In this document: piece by piece, positions 28,314 to 42,082 of the stretch
Layout of the letters: each line of letters opens with the position of its first letter
Position numbering within the stretch: position 1 is the first letter of the stretch
Assembly: GCA_043228905.1 (NCBI GenBank)
Contig: JBHGNT010000010.1
Coordinates: forward strand, 20,336,001-20,400,000
Length of the DNA: 64,000 nucleotides
Reading direction: 5' to 3'
DNA from: Azolla caroliniana
Taxonomy: Eukaryota; Plantae; Polypodiophyta
The notes under the pieces: model-generated
What the model saw: only the letters and a program-made list of their open reading frames with translations
Told to the model about the DNA's origin: nothing
Database searches by the model: none
Made by a program: the position numbers and the translations under genes

Positions 28314-29619
28314 AAAGTCTAAACATGTGTTATAGTCATATGTATCAACGATGTTGTATGGTCTTGGTCATATTTGAACTCGAGACCTCGAGAACAAATG
28401 CATTAAACATTTGAGCCAACCAAGTAAGTTGCTCTTCTTGAATGTTTAATGTTTCATGCGTATAAGAGATATGCGAGGCATTTGCCCATATATGTTTTTT
28501 TAAAAGAAACATATATGTCAAGAGTCCTTATTTCGCCCTCATTTACTACAACTATGTTAGTAGGTTACCTAACCTCAAGGCTCGTAATTACGATGGCATA
28601 CACCAAAGTGCAACCTAATGGTCAAGTCAAATGAGCCCTCTTTTCGTAGTAGGCCCACGTGGCCCATCACATGGTCACGTCATTACGAATACCTCTCGTA
28701 AGAATGATCTCATGGTGGCATCGTATCCATGGAATGAGGGAGGGATGTTGGATACGTGTGTCATAGGAGCGACCTGACATGAAGTGGGTCAAGCCCTACG
28801 TACTCAACATCATTATGGCTATTGGCGTTTCTTTACATAACGAAATATCGAAGTCACCAATGGGGATTTCAACAATAAAAAATTGTTGAAAAAAGGGACG
28901 ATGACAACACGATTCTCACAAAAATGTGAGGACAGCCACCAAGAACCTTTCCCCGAAAAGGAAAACATTCGATTTAAAATCACGTAATAACTTATATACA
29001 TATATGTATAATATCACATATATACGATTAACTACATATACACGTGACCACATATGCCTATATTAAAGAAATTGTTATATTTAATAGCCAAGAATGACGT
29101 AATCGAGATACGTAATCGAGGCATATACCTCTACGCACGCGAGACATCCAAAAATAAGGGTTCAACGTAATACGCAATTGAGGTATGGACCTCTTACGCA
29201 TACGATACCAAACGCATATCATTTACAACAAAATCGAGGTGTTGACCTCATACGCAAACGTAACATATGTTCGTGAACATAATACGTAATTGAGGTATTA
29301 ACCTCGTACGCATACGACACTCATCACATATTATTTATATGTCAAACGAGGTATTGACCTCGTGCACATATGTAAGCGTTTTAGATAACCAATTAAATAC
29401 CACTACAACATCATTTAATTAATGGAAATAATCTACATATTAACCATACACATGATTAGATGGGAGAAGAAAAAAAAGACAAAAAATAACAAGAAAGATT
29501 ACCGAAGTTCCTTGTTGATCCTTGTTTGCATCAAGGCCAATCGCACAACGATCGATCGCCATCCATCGAGAAGATAAGACCAACAAAAGAAACATTAGTA
29601 CATAGGCTCTGATACCAAC

Positions 29620-30075
29620 TATTAGAAACATGTACTAAAGTAAGCATTAGATAAGGATAGATCTAGGTAGATAGAAAGAAAGGAGAGAGAGAAAGAAGGG
29701 TGTCGATCCACCCGACCACCCCCGAGCGAAGGGATCGAGATGGACTCGAGCCTCGATTGGCGTCCCATACCACCGTCGTGGCATCGAGTTGTACCTGGTG
29801 CTGGCGCACTCGCTACAAGAGTTGACCCACCACAAGACAGAGTCTCGACGTAGTCAACAAGATGATGAAATGAGGGTAGCTAGGCCTCTATTTATAGCGA
29901 TACCCAAGGCCCCCAACCATGTTCACACTTGGCCTAATGGGTTGTCCCAATCCTGAGGATTTAAAAGTAATCCTCCCCTTCTTTACACTCTCGTTTAAGC
30001 CTCACACTTATCCACGTGTATAGAATACTACGGTAAATTCTTACCACGTGATATTATATGGTCATGCCCGTAACA
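29620..30075 (-). repeat. Element A 5' LTR
   Basis: Adjacent to the tRNA-iMet PBS; TATA-like CTATAAATAG on the minus strand. Confidence 0.92.
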
Positions 30076-30891
30076 CATAACCTTCAACCTCTCATGTGAA
30101 TAGAAAAACACTCACCTCTAACGCCAATAATAAAATGTACAAAACATCTCAACGCATATTCGAGTGTGTTGTCAATCATTGAGATATTGTCTTTAGTCAC
30201 CTTCTTTCTCGTTGTTGTGGTGTATGATCTTTGTAAGCATTGAGGGGTTAGGTTCAACCTTGATTTCATAAATAATTGTAGGATATACTATATGCAATGC
30301 CATGGGTTAAGTAGGCTATGTAGGTGTAGGTGTGTTCACTTTTGAGATAGTGGGAAAATTACACCAAAGACAATAATATTAGCAGAGTTGAGGGAAATTA
30401 CAATCAGAATAAATATTAACATTTGATACAAGAGGAAACACGTGTAGGTAAATTTATGAGTTAGTATTGATCTAGTGATGAGTGAAGGGAATATATGAGG
30501 TATCGTTAAGTTGACGGTGGACTTTAACAAACATGTGTCAAGGACCGAAATGAACAACAATATTGTATCTAGGAGAACAACAAAATTGACAAGAAGAACC
30601 AAGGTTGCACATGGTCATGAAGATAGACATGGAACTACAATGGTTTCAAGACATTCAAGTTGTCCTTAAGAATTGCAATCCTAGTCATACTCTCCACATA
30701 GTCATGATGCATGCTTTTCATTGACCATCCAACATATTCATTACCAAAAATCCTATGATATAACTTAAAATGTCGCGATAATGTTACACATAGTTATATG
30801 CATGCTTGTCATTTACCATCATGCATAATTATCACCCAATATGCTACGATAACTTAAAATCTCACAATAATTTGAATATATACAATCCTAG

Positions 30892-31026
30892 ATGTGAAAT
30901 GACACGATATTATCATACGTAATATGATAACATAATATGTGAAATGACATGATATTTTCATACGTAATATGATAACATAATATGTGAAATGACACGATAT
31001 TATCATACATAATATGATAACATAAT
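30892..31026. repeat. 45-bp tandem repeat x3
   Basis: atgtgaaatgacacgatattatcatacgtaatatgataacataat repeated three times. Confidence 0.85.
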
Positions 31027-31089
31027 GGTTAAGGCATCAATTCAAGTCCCCAAAAGCTTACAACTTTTATAAGTTGGTGACACGATTCC

Positions 31090-31980
31090 CCTTTTCTAAT
31101 GACAAGCTCCAAGAGTTATGAGGTGCGAATGACAAAATTTTGCAATAAGAAACAAGGGATAAGCAAGATTCTATTTGTGTTATTAGGTGCAATCATGAAT
31201 ACACGAGTCCAAAACATTTTCAACTTTGAACTTCGGTCAACCAACAAGTTGAACAAAGGGTGAGGATAGAACGAATTGGATTGGAGCTAAAAGCATAGGG
31301 TTCCAATGACGAGGAATGGAACATTGAGTGGACATCCATGCATGAAGTGCCATCTAAACATCATATTACTTTATTGGTCTAGATAGGTACCATGAATGAT
31401 CCAAAACGTTAATAATCTAACTTGTTGCATTGTGTTGTGGTATTTTTGTTACATACCCAACATGAAACTTTGGTTTCTCTATAAAGGAGTCAAAGTAATG
31501 ATAACCCACAAATGACTCATGTACGACCTAAGAACAACAAGAGGATAAGTATTGTGGTGAATTGGGAATAATTGTAGTGAATTGTCAACATAGAGCGAGA
31601 GAGAGAGACCTTGATAAGCAAGAGCCAATGATAATATTATTTCCAGTTCTCTTATTAGTTCCAATGATCCTAATAGACTTAATAGGTTGAGTCACAACAA
31701 TAGGATTTAAGTTTTGAGTTGATTAGAAATACTTTGGCCCTTGGGGTATTATCATCCTTACAAGAGAGAAATAACTACCATTCTTTGATCATCAACCAAT
31801 GTTTTTGGTTCAAGGGAACCATGTTGACATGAGAAGCGAAAACCTTGAGAGCTAAATGCTTGTTCTTTGTTACAATGGAGACTCTAATTGAAACGGTTTT
31901 GGGTGCTTGCACAAGCCTCAAAGGTAGTATTGCCATGACCAAAGCATATGTCACATTCAAGGCAAATAGTATCATAACAT
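31090..31980 (-). mobile_element. Possible highly decayed hAT transposase remnant
   Basis: Fragments KVFASHVNMV...MIKEW*...KDDNTPRAKV loosely resemble the hAT segment TRFAS...W...DD..KA. Many stops; weak support. Confidence 0.3.
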
Positions 31981-32556
31981 CAATTGAAGCTCGAATAAAA
32001 ATTTATCACATCACAAACATGAACTAATCATATTTGTAAATGATTTACGGCTTCATCAAATGTTGGTGTTAACGGAAATATTGTCATGTTATTTAGTTTT
32101 AGCAACTCTATGAGGTTTAATATTCCTAGCATAAAATATTGATCATAGGCCAAATATATATAAGAAACATGGGGACATCGTAATTGTGCAACTTAAATTA
32201 TCTATTTAATTGTGATACCTTATATGTTTATTATCTAGCAATTCTCTATTTAATAGAAACACCTTGTATGTTTATCATCTAGTAATTATTTGCTTAATTG
32301 AGACAACTCGTATGGTTTTATATATTGATTGCATATTTAATTAAGATAAACTTTTTTTATTGAGTGTGTGTTAATTGTAGTTTACTTAAAAAGTCTTAGG
32401 TGTATTTTTATTACGTTGATTGGAAGTGCAACACTCAAAGTGGGGGGTCTAAAATACATCATTGTCTTCTTGATTGCAATAAATAATCATCCCATCAAGG
32501 TGACCTTATAACAATCCTGTCTTTAAGAAGTTCTTTCACTCGTTTGAGTTTTGAGA

Positions 32557-33049
32557 TGTTGTCCATGGGACAAAAAGGTAAATTAGTTAAATGTAATACG
32601 CCGGTAGGTAAGGCTAGTAGGTGAAGAAGGTAGAGTTTAGGAAAACGCCGAGTTTCGAGCCTCACAGTCAGCCGACGGCTCGACTTTGTATGAAGAAAAT
32701 GTATATAAACCGAGGTCTGCGTACCTCAGCAGAGAGAGAGATATATCTAGGGTATAAGCGAGGTCGTTTTCATAGTTACAAGAGCTCTGTAAGGTCACCG
32801 GCTGGGAGCTGTGTTTTGTAATCATCGATAATTATTTGTCGTAATACATATCTATTAGCTCTTATTGTTTTCATCTGTGTTCCTTCGTTCCTGTGATCTC
32901 AACTACGTATACGCCCTTGGGTTATATTTCGGGTATGCTCTCCGTTCTCTTCCCCTAACGACGCCTCCGTGTACAAGCCTTCACATTACACTTCCCTGAT
33001 ACCGATAGCCTGTAGGCATATCGAAGGTTTTCCAAAGGAACGGATAACA
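32557..33049 (+). repeat. Element B 5' LTR
   Basis: TGTTGTCC...GATAACA; TATATAAA at about 32702. About 15 mismatches to the 3' LTR in the first ~210 bp. Confidence 0.93.
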
Positions 33050-33371
33050 CAATTTGGCACGCTCGGTTACAGTTGTGAGATCACAACGAACTACGTTGAA
33101 GGCAACCTTTAGCCGCCATTACGACCCCAATTGCACCACGCGGTCTCGGCCACCTTCCCGACGCCCTGAGCCAGTCGAAGGAACTTCCGACTCGACGGTC
33201 ACGGACCAATCTTTCCAAGAAATATCCGAGGCTCACCAGTTGCAATCCTCGCTACCTGATACTCGGTCACGAGTTGATTCCACACCAACCTCTCCACCAA
33301 GCCCTCCAGAGGTCACCCAACCTGACCCTAACCCTTTTCCGGTCTTACCGAAAAGTCTAGATTTCGATACC

Positions 33372-35027
33372 ATGTCGTATCCTTACCCACGATACACCGA
33401 CGGCCCCGACGCGGAGTCGCACATCCGTGCCTTCATGTCCACCTGGCAGGCCAACCACTCAACGCAGCAACTTTCGCTTGCCGAAATCGATGCCTCAAAA
33501 ATCGCCGAGTTTACGTTATCCCTCGATGGACCAGCTGCACGATGGTATTCTCGCCTCGACGTAGGGGAGGTTACCACCTTCCAGGATGTTTGCACGAAGT
33601 TCCTAGAACTTTTCCATCGCGAGGTGCCCAAACGAGAACTGCTCCGACATTTCTTTTCCATGCACCAAGAACCACACGAGACGGTCGCACAGTTCACGAT
33701 CTGGTTCCAGGATCTCTACAAACAAGTGGCCGACGATGTCTCGACACAACACATTCTGGACACATTCCTGTCTAGCTTACAGGAGCCTCTACGGATGACT
33801 CTTGCACTTACTAATTTTGCGAACCAAACGATCGAGCAAGTCATAGCGCGCATCCTCGCCCTCGATCAGACACAGCAAGGCACTACAAAAGCGCCCTTCC
33901 CCAGGAGGACAATCGCTTCCGCCAAGCCCTCCAATGCACAGTTTGCTCGGGATCGGGCCATCTGGCCCTCGAATGTCCTCACCGGCCACAGTGTCCGATC
34001 TGCCAGTCCCGATCTCACATTGTCGAGCAATGTGAATACAATATGCTCAACTGCACAACAACGGCCCCGGTTCGCTAGATCGAGCCCAGGGATACATACT
34101 CTCGTCAGGACAAGCGACAATCCTACCGGAACCAGGATAACGAACGACCCGATCACCAGATAGGCGGCGCCATGACGACGATTACCGTCGAGACGACGAT
34201 TGTTACCAAAACGACAACCGACAGAGATCGGACGGCCGTCGTGATCGCTATCGCGATGACCAGTACCGAGCAACCGACGATTATGATCGGTATGATGATG
34301 ATCGGGATGACCGATACAATCAGAGAAATTCCCGTAATGATCGGCGCAACTCTCACCGAGGATCGCACAACAACAGAAGGAATAACGACAACCGTGGTCG
34401 GGACCCCCCTCAAAATGAACCGCGCAACTTGAACGCGCCCCAGACCAACCCACCAACACACAAGGCCGGGAATCAATCACACCCCCCCACACACACATAG
34501 ATCGGGCTAAAACCAGCAACTCGGCCGTTGTTACCTGCTTCAAGTGCAACCAATCTGGTCGCTACGCTACGCAATGCCCAACAACAGACCACGGAAAGGC
34601 TCCCGCCGTGAATAGTATTATGGCCGACGTGCAAAACATCACAACACGCAGTAAAGCCCATGCCACTCCATGGCAAGTACAAGATGAAGTTCGACAAGCA
34701 GCCAAAGAATGGATTGATACGACCAACAAAAACAATGTGGTGCGGATGCAAACAGAAATGCGAGACGCAACCATTGGAGCACCACAATCCTTGGCACCAT
34801 CCACATCGACAGAAGATGACCAAATGTGGGAAGCCCTTACCAGTTCCAGGATCTCGTTGCCTCTGCATAAACTCTTACCACTCATGCTGCGTTTTCGGGA
34901 CACCTTGGCTACACTCACGGCCAACACCCATTCTGTCGCACCACCTGTGCACTTGACCGAGCTAGGAACGGGTCCACCCCTCATGGATTCTCAACACCCA
35001 GCCATAAAAATTATGATTAAAGGATGG
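33372..35027 (+). pseudogene. Element B gag and start of protease (interrupted by C)
   Basis: YPYPRYTDGPDAESHIRAF...LDGPAARWYSRL...FLELFH gag core; Cys/His knuckles; ends ...AIKIMIKG at the C insertion. Confidence 0.85.
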
Positions 35028-38000
35028 TGTCGCGTTGTTACGCGCGTGCGTGGAGAACAAGGCGGGACCACTGGGGTCTTGGACTGAGGAATAGGTGAGA
35101 AGAGGGAGAGAGAGAGAGAGAGAGACGCTCACACACGTATAGACAGAGAAGTGCACGAGGACGCGGCCCAACAACACACGAGACACGAGTTGAGAACACT
35201 AGCGTATGTATATAAATGCATACAGATGACTCGAACGGTTACAACCGACCAGGTCGGCGAGGTGGATGCCGACGCCTGATCACCCATGCACACATGAGAG
35301 CAAGATGGAGATCCTGCCGGAAGCACACGGGCGTTCCGCGGAGCAGGATCAGCCTCCTGAGAACCTGCGCCAAAGAAACCTATGGAGAACGACAGAGAAG
35401 AAGAGCCCCCCCAGTCCGACAGCACTTCGTTCCTTTTAGCGCGCGATACCCTCTCTCCCCCCGTCTCCCTCTCCTTTATAGCTCAAGGAGGGAGGCCGTT
35501 TCACCTGTTTACATCACATTAATTCTTTGTCCTTTCGGACAGAGATACTCCTCGATTTCCCTTATAGAATATTGCTACCTAGGATCTAACCTTTGTGCCT
35601 ACCTATCTACCATACGACAAGGGACGTGCCCACATGTAAGGGTTGGTTCACACACATAACACACGGTTTGCGTTTGGGGACGGTTTTCTTCACGACATCC
35701 GCCCCCACCTAACCGCGCATCCACCGGTATGCGCCAAAATTGGGTTCCTATGGGAGAAAACCGATCCTTGCTTTTATTCCTCGTTTACCGGTTCATCCTC
35801 CGCCTCGGGCTGCTCGTCGTCGCTGTCCATGCCCCCTAGCTCCGGCTCCCGGTCGTGCCGTTTCTTGAACGCCTTGATCCTCTTCCCCGCTACCGGTATC
35901 GCCATTCTCGTACCGTTGAGCTCCGCGAGATGGTACGTCCCATTGGCGTTGGCGCCTATTACTACGTAAGGCCCGAACCACCTCCTCGCAAACTTCCGCG
36001 TGGCCCTGTGCTAATTGTCGAGACTGCTGTCGTAGACTAGCACCCAGTCGCCTTCCTCGATCTTCCTTGGTCGGAGCCTGTGTGTTTGGTCGAACCGGGC
36101 TTTGTTCCTTATCCTCGCTACTCGAAGTTTATCCGCGGCCTGTTCTATGTCCTCTGGCCTCCGCTCAAGCTGTCGAATCCGCGCCGCCAACAGTTCCTCC
36201 GGGCTCATCTCGTCCCTCCAGTCCACCGTGGCCCACGAGGAGATCGTTCGCTCTATTGGCATGATCGGCTTCTGTCCGAACATCAGCTCGGCCGGCATGA
36301 ACTCGGTTATCGAACTGTGCGTAGTCCGGTCCGCCCACAAGGCATAAGGTAGCAGTTGTGGCCAGTCCTCGACTCGGCCTCCGCACGCCCGTAATAGCGC
36401 TTTGACAATTGGCTCGTGCCTGCACTCCACCTTCCCGTTCACCTCCGGATTATACGTTGTGGTGAGCGAAAGTTTGACTCCTAGCCGGTCGAACAACTCT
36501 TCGGCCTCTTCTGCGTCCAACTCACCACGATCAGCCATGATCTTCCCTACACACCCGTATCGGCATACTACGTCCTCAATCAAAAACCGGCACACGGCTG
36601 CCGTCGTCTTGTTCTACAGGGCTCGGCCTTCAACTTGGTTCGTTAGATCTTCCCGAGCTAGCACCAGATACCGCATCTGTCCTACCCCCATTGGCATCGT
36701 CACCAAATCCACCATCCACTTGAAGTGGACGGTCGGAGGGTAGGTCGGGTGAAGCTCGTCCCGATGTCGGATCATGGAGTGCACCTGACAGCTTCCGCAA
36801 GTCGTCACGAACCGATGCACGTCGCAGTATAGTCCCGGCCACCAGTACTTCCCCTTTAGCTTTTCGAACGTGGCCCACGTTCCACGGTGTCCAGCCCACG
36901 GGCTATCATGGTACGCCGCCAGCAAATCGTCCTGTTCCTCCTTCTTCGCCACCACTCGGAGCGGGATGTCGTTCCTCTTCTTCGGGTGCTTCTAGATGTA
37001 TCCGTCCCGGAGAAAGAATCGGTAGGCTTTCTTCCGAATCCGGTTGGCCTCGTCCGTTGTCCATGCCGCGTCTGATGTCATTGTTTTCAGGAACCCGCCG
37101 ATCTGCAGCCACTCCCCGTCGTACTTGCTCTCGTCGAAGTCGTTAAGCGTTGAAGAGCATTCCCCGTTGGTTGTCACGTAAGCCGCCTCGAAGAAGTCCA
37201 CGTCGACTTCCTCGTCCTCTGAAACCATGTCGCCGTCGTTTTCGAACCTCGCCCTTGAAAGCATGTCGGCCATGGCATTGTCTTTCCCGGAAAAGTGTCG
37301 TATTTCTGGATTCAGGGACTTGATGTACGCTATCCACCTGAGCATTGCCAGGTCCGGCGTCGCGCATCCGGAAACCATGCCAAGAATTGGCTGGCAGTCC
37401 GTCTCGATAATTACCTCTGCCCCGATCAGGTAGTCTTTGTCGGCCTTTACCGCCGAAACGTTCTCCAAAGCTCGCGTTTAACCTGGGCGTATCCTCGCTT
37501 TCGCTCACTGAGGACCTTCGCGCCGAACCGGATCGGGGAACGCATGCCGTCCTCGTCCTCCTAGTTGACGACCCATCCAATCCCGGTCGGACTCGTGTCT
37601 ACCGTCACGTAAATTGGAGTGCTCTTCCCGTAGACAGCCTTTCGGAGCGTCGGAGCCGCGGCAAGTGCTTCCTTCATCTTCCGGACAGACTCCGTATGCT
37701 CGTCTCTCCACTCGAATCTTCGCCCCTTTTTCAGCAACCCGTATAACGGCTCCGCGACGTGAGCGTAATGCGGGATCCAATCCGTGACCGAGCTGCAGTC
37801 GTTCTTCATCGCAGCGATGGCTTCTACCTTAGCCGGAGACGGTTTCCGGCCGTATGGCCCGCATAGGTGTCCGACGACCATGATCTCTGATTGCCCGAAG
37901 GCCGACTTTCCCCCGGAGAAGGTGAGCCTCGCTCCCTCCAGCCTCTGCAGCACCTTCTCGCAGTCGTCGATGTGCGTCGCCACGAATTTCCGGCATCCGT

Positions 38001-41000
38001 CCAGTCTGATCGTCTCGTCCCTTTCCTCCACCGGGCATCCCTTGATCGCGACGTCGTCCAAAAACGGCATGGTGATGTCCGGGATACAATCCCTCAGCAC
38101 TTTGTTCATTGTGTTCACCATGTGAGCCACTGAGTTCGTCCCTCCTTGCGGTAGAGTACACATCCGTACTAGGCCGAGAGGAGTTCGCATTGTCGTGATG
38201 TCTCTGCTCTCTACGGCAAGCTGGAACTAATCGTACCCCGAGTAGAGATCACCGACTGAGTAAATCGACCTTCCGGCGAAGGCCTCCACGAACTCGTCTA
38301 TTGTCGGTCCGATTCTTGCGTTTCGAATGGTCACCTTGTTGACCGGCTGCAGGTCTTGGATAAAGCGCAGCGTGCCGTCCTTCTTTGGCACGGTAAACCA
38401 CCGATTCGAGTATGGGGCACTCGACGGTTCGAGGATTCCCATCTCGACCTTCTGCTTTAACAGCTCCATCAACTTTGGGATGTGAGCTCTGGGTACTGGA
38501 ATCGGTTTGAGACTCCACGACACATGCGGTACCGTGAATATCACCATCGGTTCCACGACTGTCGAGTCTACGCACCCGATCTCCTCTGGTGAGAATGCGA
38601 AAGCCTTCCCGTGCCTTCCGAGCATTCCCCGAAAACGGTCCTCTTCCGCCAGCAGTAGGAAGCCGCCCCCACCGATTTTGAGCTCGCGCAGCGTTATGTC
38701 GATGAACGTGTGTCCTATGCAGGCCGGATTTCATAAACTCGCGACGCAACCCCCTTTATTCGCAACTCGCTGCCCTCCGGAAAGGGAGCCGTGATTGGCC
38801 TCACCTTTCGGTCCACAGTCTTCTACCTCGTGTCCACCCGGGCCGTCCAATCCGACTCGAGCCCTCTATTGAAGTCGGCGATGACTTCGTACATCCTTTC
38901 CGAACATACCGGAATCGTCCGAACCTCTTTAAGGACTCCTTCGACTACCTCTCGCAGCTCCCCCAAGGTATCGTCGAACGAGACCGCCTCCACGGCTCTG
39001 TTGATTTCCTCTCCGAGGCCGAGGATACCACATGCCCGAAGTCGACTATCGTACACCCTCCGTTGTCGGAGAACCAAAATTTCCTACTTATAGTACAGGT
39101 CTTCTCCGCTATCGTACATTTGTGGGGTTTTCCCGGAGTGTCCGGACTATCGCGGCCCCACGCCTTGATAGCCCTCTCTAAAAATCCTCTCGGCTTTCGC
39201 CCCCGAGGGTCTCACGGTTCCGCTCATGGTTCGGCATCACCGTCAGGAACTAGACCGAGTGACGCCCATCCTGGCTCTTGACCCTTGCATAGGCCGAGCC
39301 GTTGTCCAGCACCTTGGTCTCCATCAGTGCTGTCGTGATGTACGGTTATCCTAGTATAACCGGATGTGAGGACGTCTCTTGCACGAAGAAGTGCTGGTCA
39401 ATCTCGACATCGCTGATCTTTACTCGTACGTTCGGGCAGGCTCCATGCAGTTCTTCGGTGGCACGCGTCGCCACCCGTATTTTCCACCCGTGCTTGGTGT
39501 TGATCGGCCATTTTCCCTTCTTATAGAAGTCCATGGACATCAAATTGATTTCTGAACCGTGGTCCACCAACGCCACCACTGGTTCATGAACATCTCCGAT
39601 CTTCATGGGGGTCTCCGTAGTCGCTCTGGCCCAGTGCGGCCTCGAATAGTGGCTCTCCGCGAACTCGTCTTCCAACGCCATGTCCTCTATGTGTGTCGTT
39701 GGCACCTCCATCGGCTTCTCCGGTTCTGTCTCCGTCGACAGCCTCTTCCTCTTCACCAAGTCTACGATGGAGTCGTGGAACTCCTTCTTGGCGATCCCAA
39801 GCACTTCCCTCAGCGACCGTTCCACCTTGCTGTCGAGGATTCGTTCTTCCAGGACCTTTTGCAGGTCCGTGGATCTTTCAATTTCTGTGCCCAACCGGTA
39901 CCCGCCCTTCTTGGGATTATCCTGGGCGCCGAGTACACCGGCCTCATTCCGCCTTTGCCCGAATCGAGTTTCATATCGCTGCGAGGGCCTGGCACCTCCG
40001 GTTTTCCCTACCTGTTTGTCCTCTACCAGAGCCTCGTAGTTTTGACAAGCGGCTTCGATGAAGCTCGTCTTTTCTTCCACCGGGTCACTCCACCCGGTTA
40101 CCTCTCGAACCCGTTTTTCCGCACGGTCCACCTCTTCTTTCCTCAGCCGCGCGCCGTCGAGGCCTTCCAGCATCGTCGGCCAGAACCCGGCTTTGTTCAT
40201 CTTCGGGGCCTCGCCACCTCCGACCCGAATACCAGCTGACGCCGAGTAGTGGACGGTCTTCGCGTGACGAGTCGCCGCCTCCTCCATCAGCCTTTTCATG
40301 CCCCCTCGCCCGACGTTCAGGTTCGGGGCCCTTCGGGTCTCGCTGGTGTGCACCCGACCATTCCACAGGTACACCACGTTGCTTCTCATCGCCTCGGCGA
40401 AGTCCCCGCAATCCTTTCAGATGTGCCCAACCGCGTCACACCACATGCACCTGTTTTCCGCCAGAGGTCGTCGGTCACGGGCCTGTTCGCCACCATCCCT
40501 CCGTGCCTTGGCGATATGGAGATCCTTTACCATCCGCGCCAGCTCCTCCAGAGCTGCTCCCCCGGACGAGCCCTTGACCATGCCGGTTGAGGCCGACACG
40601 GGCCTGTTCGCCACCATCCCTCCATGCCTAAGCGATCTGGAGATCCTTTACCATCCGCGCCAGCTCCTCTAGAGCTGCTCCCCCGGACAAGCCCTTGACC
40701 ATGCCGGTTGAGGCTGACCCGGTCTCGAGCGAATCTCGGGTCTCTTCCCTTCGCGTTGGTGGTGTTGGCTCGAGCTTCTTTGCTGCGACAGAGCCCACCC
40801 CTGTCGATCCTTTGTCAACCCATTCCCGCCATTTGTCGAAATGGCCACAGAACCTTTTCACCACGGCCCACTCGGCCGTCAGCCCGTCATCAGTCTCCAA
40901 TAGGAGGCCTACCTGCTCCTGATCCCGCTCGTCAACCGACTTAACAAACAATAGGACACGACTTGTGTCCAGAACGGTCCGATCAAGCACCGAGAGGCGC

Positions 41001-42082
41001 GCGAAGCGTTCCTCAAACTCCCGAAGGAGCACTGACGCGTTCCTTCCTTTGTCGGGGGTCTCCACCCACTCCATGAAGTCCCGCTTCGAAAGTCGAAGCG
41101 CATCTTCAAGCTCGTATCTTTCAAGGAGCCGACCTTCGAACTCCTCCCAGGTCCGGCTCTCGGCCCGTACCTCGAGAACCTCCGTATGGATACCTGGCAT
41201 CGCCACTCGAGGGAACCCGGCTAGACGCCTCTCTTCCGGAATGTCCCTCATTACCATCTCAGCCCGGTAGGACGCCAAGTAGCTCGTGGCATCCTTTCCA
41301 CTAAACCGGCCAATCGTACCGACAACCGCCTCGATAGCCCTATCAAGGGCGCCAGTGCCTTCGCGCGCACTCACTATACGGTCTACATCCGAAGCCATGG
41401 CTTCTGCAAGGTCCGACCCCCTCATCTTCTACTCCTCTACCGTCTGTTCACGTCGGGTTCACCAAATATGTCGCGTTGTTACGGGCGTGCGTGGAGAACA
41501 AGGCGGGACCACTGGGGTCTTGGACCGAGGAATAGGTGAGAAGAGGGAGAGAGAGAGAGAGAGAGAGAGAGACGCTCACACATGTATAGACAGAGAAGTG
41601 CACGGGGACGCGGCCCAACAACACAGGAGACACGAGTTGAGAACACTAGCGTATGTATATAAATGTATACAGATGACTCGAATGGTTACAACCGACCATG
41701 TCGGCGAGGTGGATGCCGACGCCTGATCACCCACACACACAGGAGAGCAAGATGGAGATCCTTCCGGAAGCACATGGGCGTTCCGCAGAGCAAGATCAGC
41801 CTCTTGAGAACTTGCGCCAAAGAAACCTATGGAGAACGACAGAGAAGAAGAGCCCCCCCCAGTCTGACAGCACTTCGTTCCTTTTAGCGCGCGATACCCT
41901 CTCTCCCCTCGTCTCCCTCTCCTTTATAGCTCAAGGAGGGAGGCCGTTTCACCTGTTTACATCACATTAATTCTCTGTCCTTTCGGACAGAGATACTCCT
42001 CGATTTCCCTTATAGAATATTGCTACCTAGGATCTAACCTTTGTGCCTACCTATCTACCATACGATGGTTTTCTTCACGACA
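35028..42082 (-). mobile_element. Element C: GC-rich Ty3/Gypsy LTR retrotransposon (fungal-type RT, Phygy-like), tRNA-Trp primed, nested in the B protease
   Basis: LTRs at 35028-35697 and 41469-42082 (TG...CA). PBS TGGTGAACCCGACGTGA at 41448-41464 is complementary to the tRNA-Trp 3' end; PPT GGTTAGGTGGGGGCGGA at about 35698-35714. Gag from 41425, protease ALVDHGSEINLM, RT TLPQGGTNSVAH...MPFLDDVAIKG, RNase H VTVDTSPTGIGW, integrase HDSPWAGH...CGSC...DRGE...NGKVE. Confidence 0.93.
35850..41425 (-). pseudogene. Element C gag-pol, disrupted by stops and frameshifts
   Basis: ORF-track pieces 40628-41425, 39346-40389, 38227-38625, 37561-38190, 36992-37468, 36614-36955 and 36011-36595 are collinear gag-PR-RT-RH-INT. 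Confidence 0.88.

Larger units (their letters stand above)
22554..30075 (-). mobile_element. Element A: Ty3/Gypsy chromovirus-type LTR retrotransposon, non-autonomous (RT/RNase H deleted)
   Basis: 456-bp LTRs at 22554-23009 and 29620-30075 (12 mismatches counted). PBS TGGTATCAGAGC (tRNA-iMet) at 29606-29617; PPT AAAGAGGGGGAGT at about 23011-23023. Contains gag, Zn knuckle, protease, integrase and chromodomain remnants. No TSD. Confidence 0.92.

Noticed and set aside
25606-29366. Arrays in element A as CRISPR arrays
   Set aside because: The two long arrays are head-to-tail repeats without unique spacers and the hairpin array is degenerate. The context is a eukaryotic retrotransposon and there are no cas genes.
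35643-41726. Long antisense and alternate-frame ORFs over element C
   Set aside because: Expected shadow ORFs in GC-rich coding sequence; no independent motifs.
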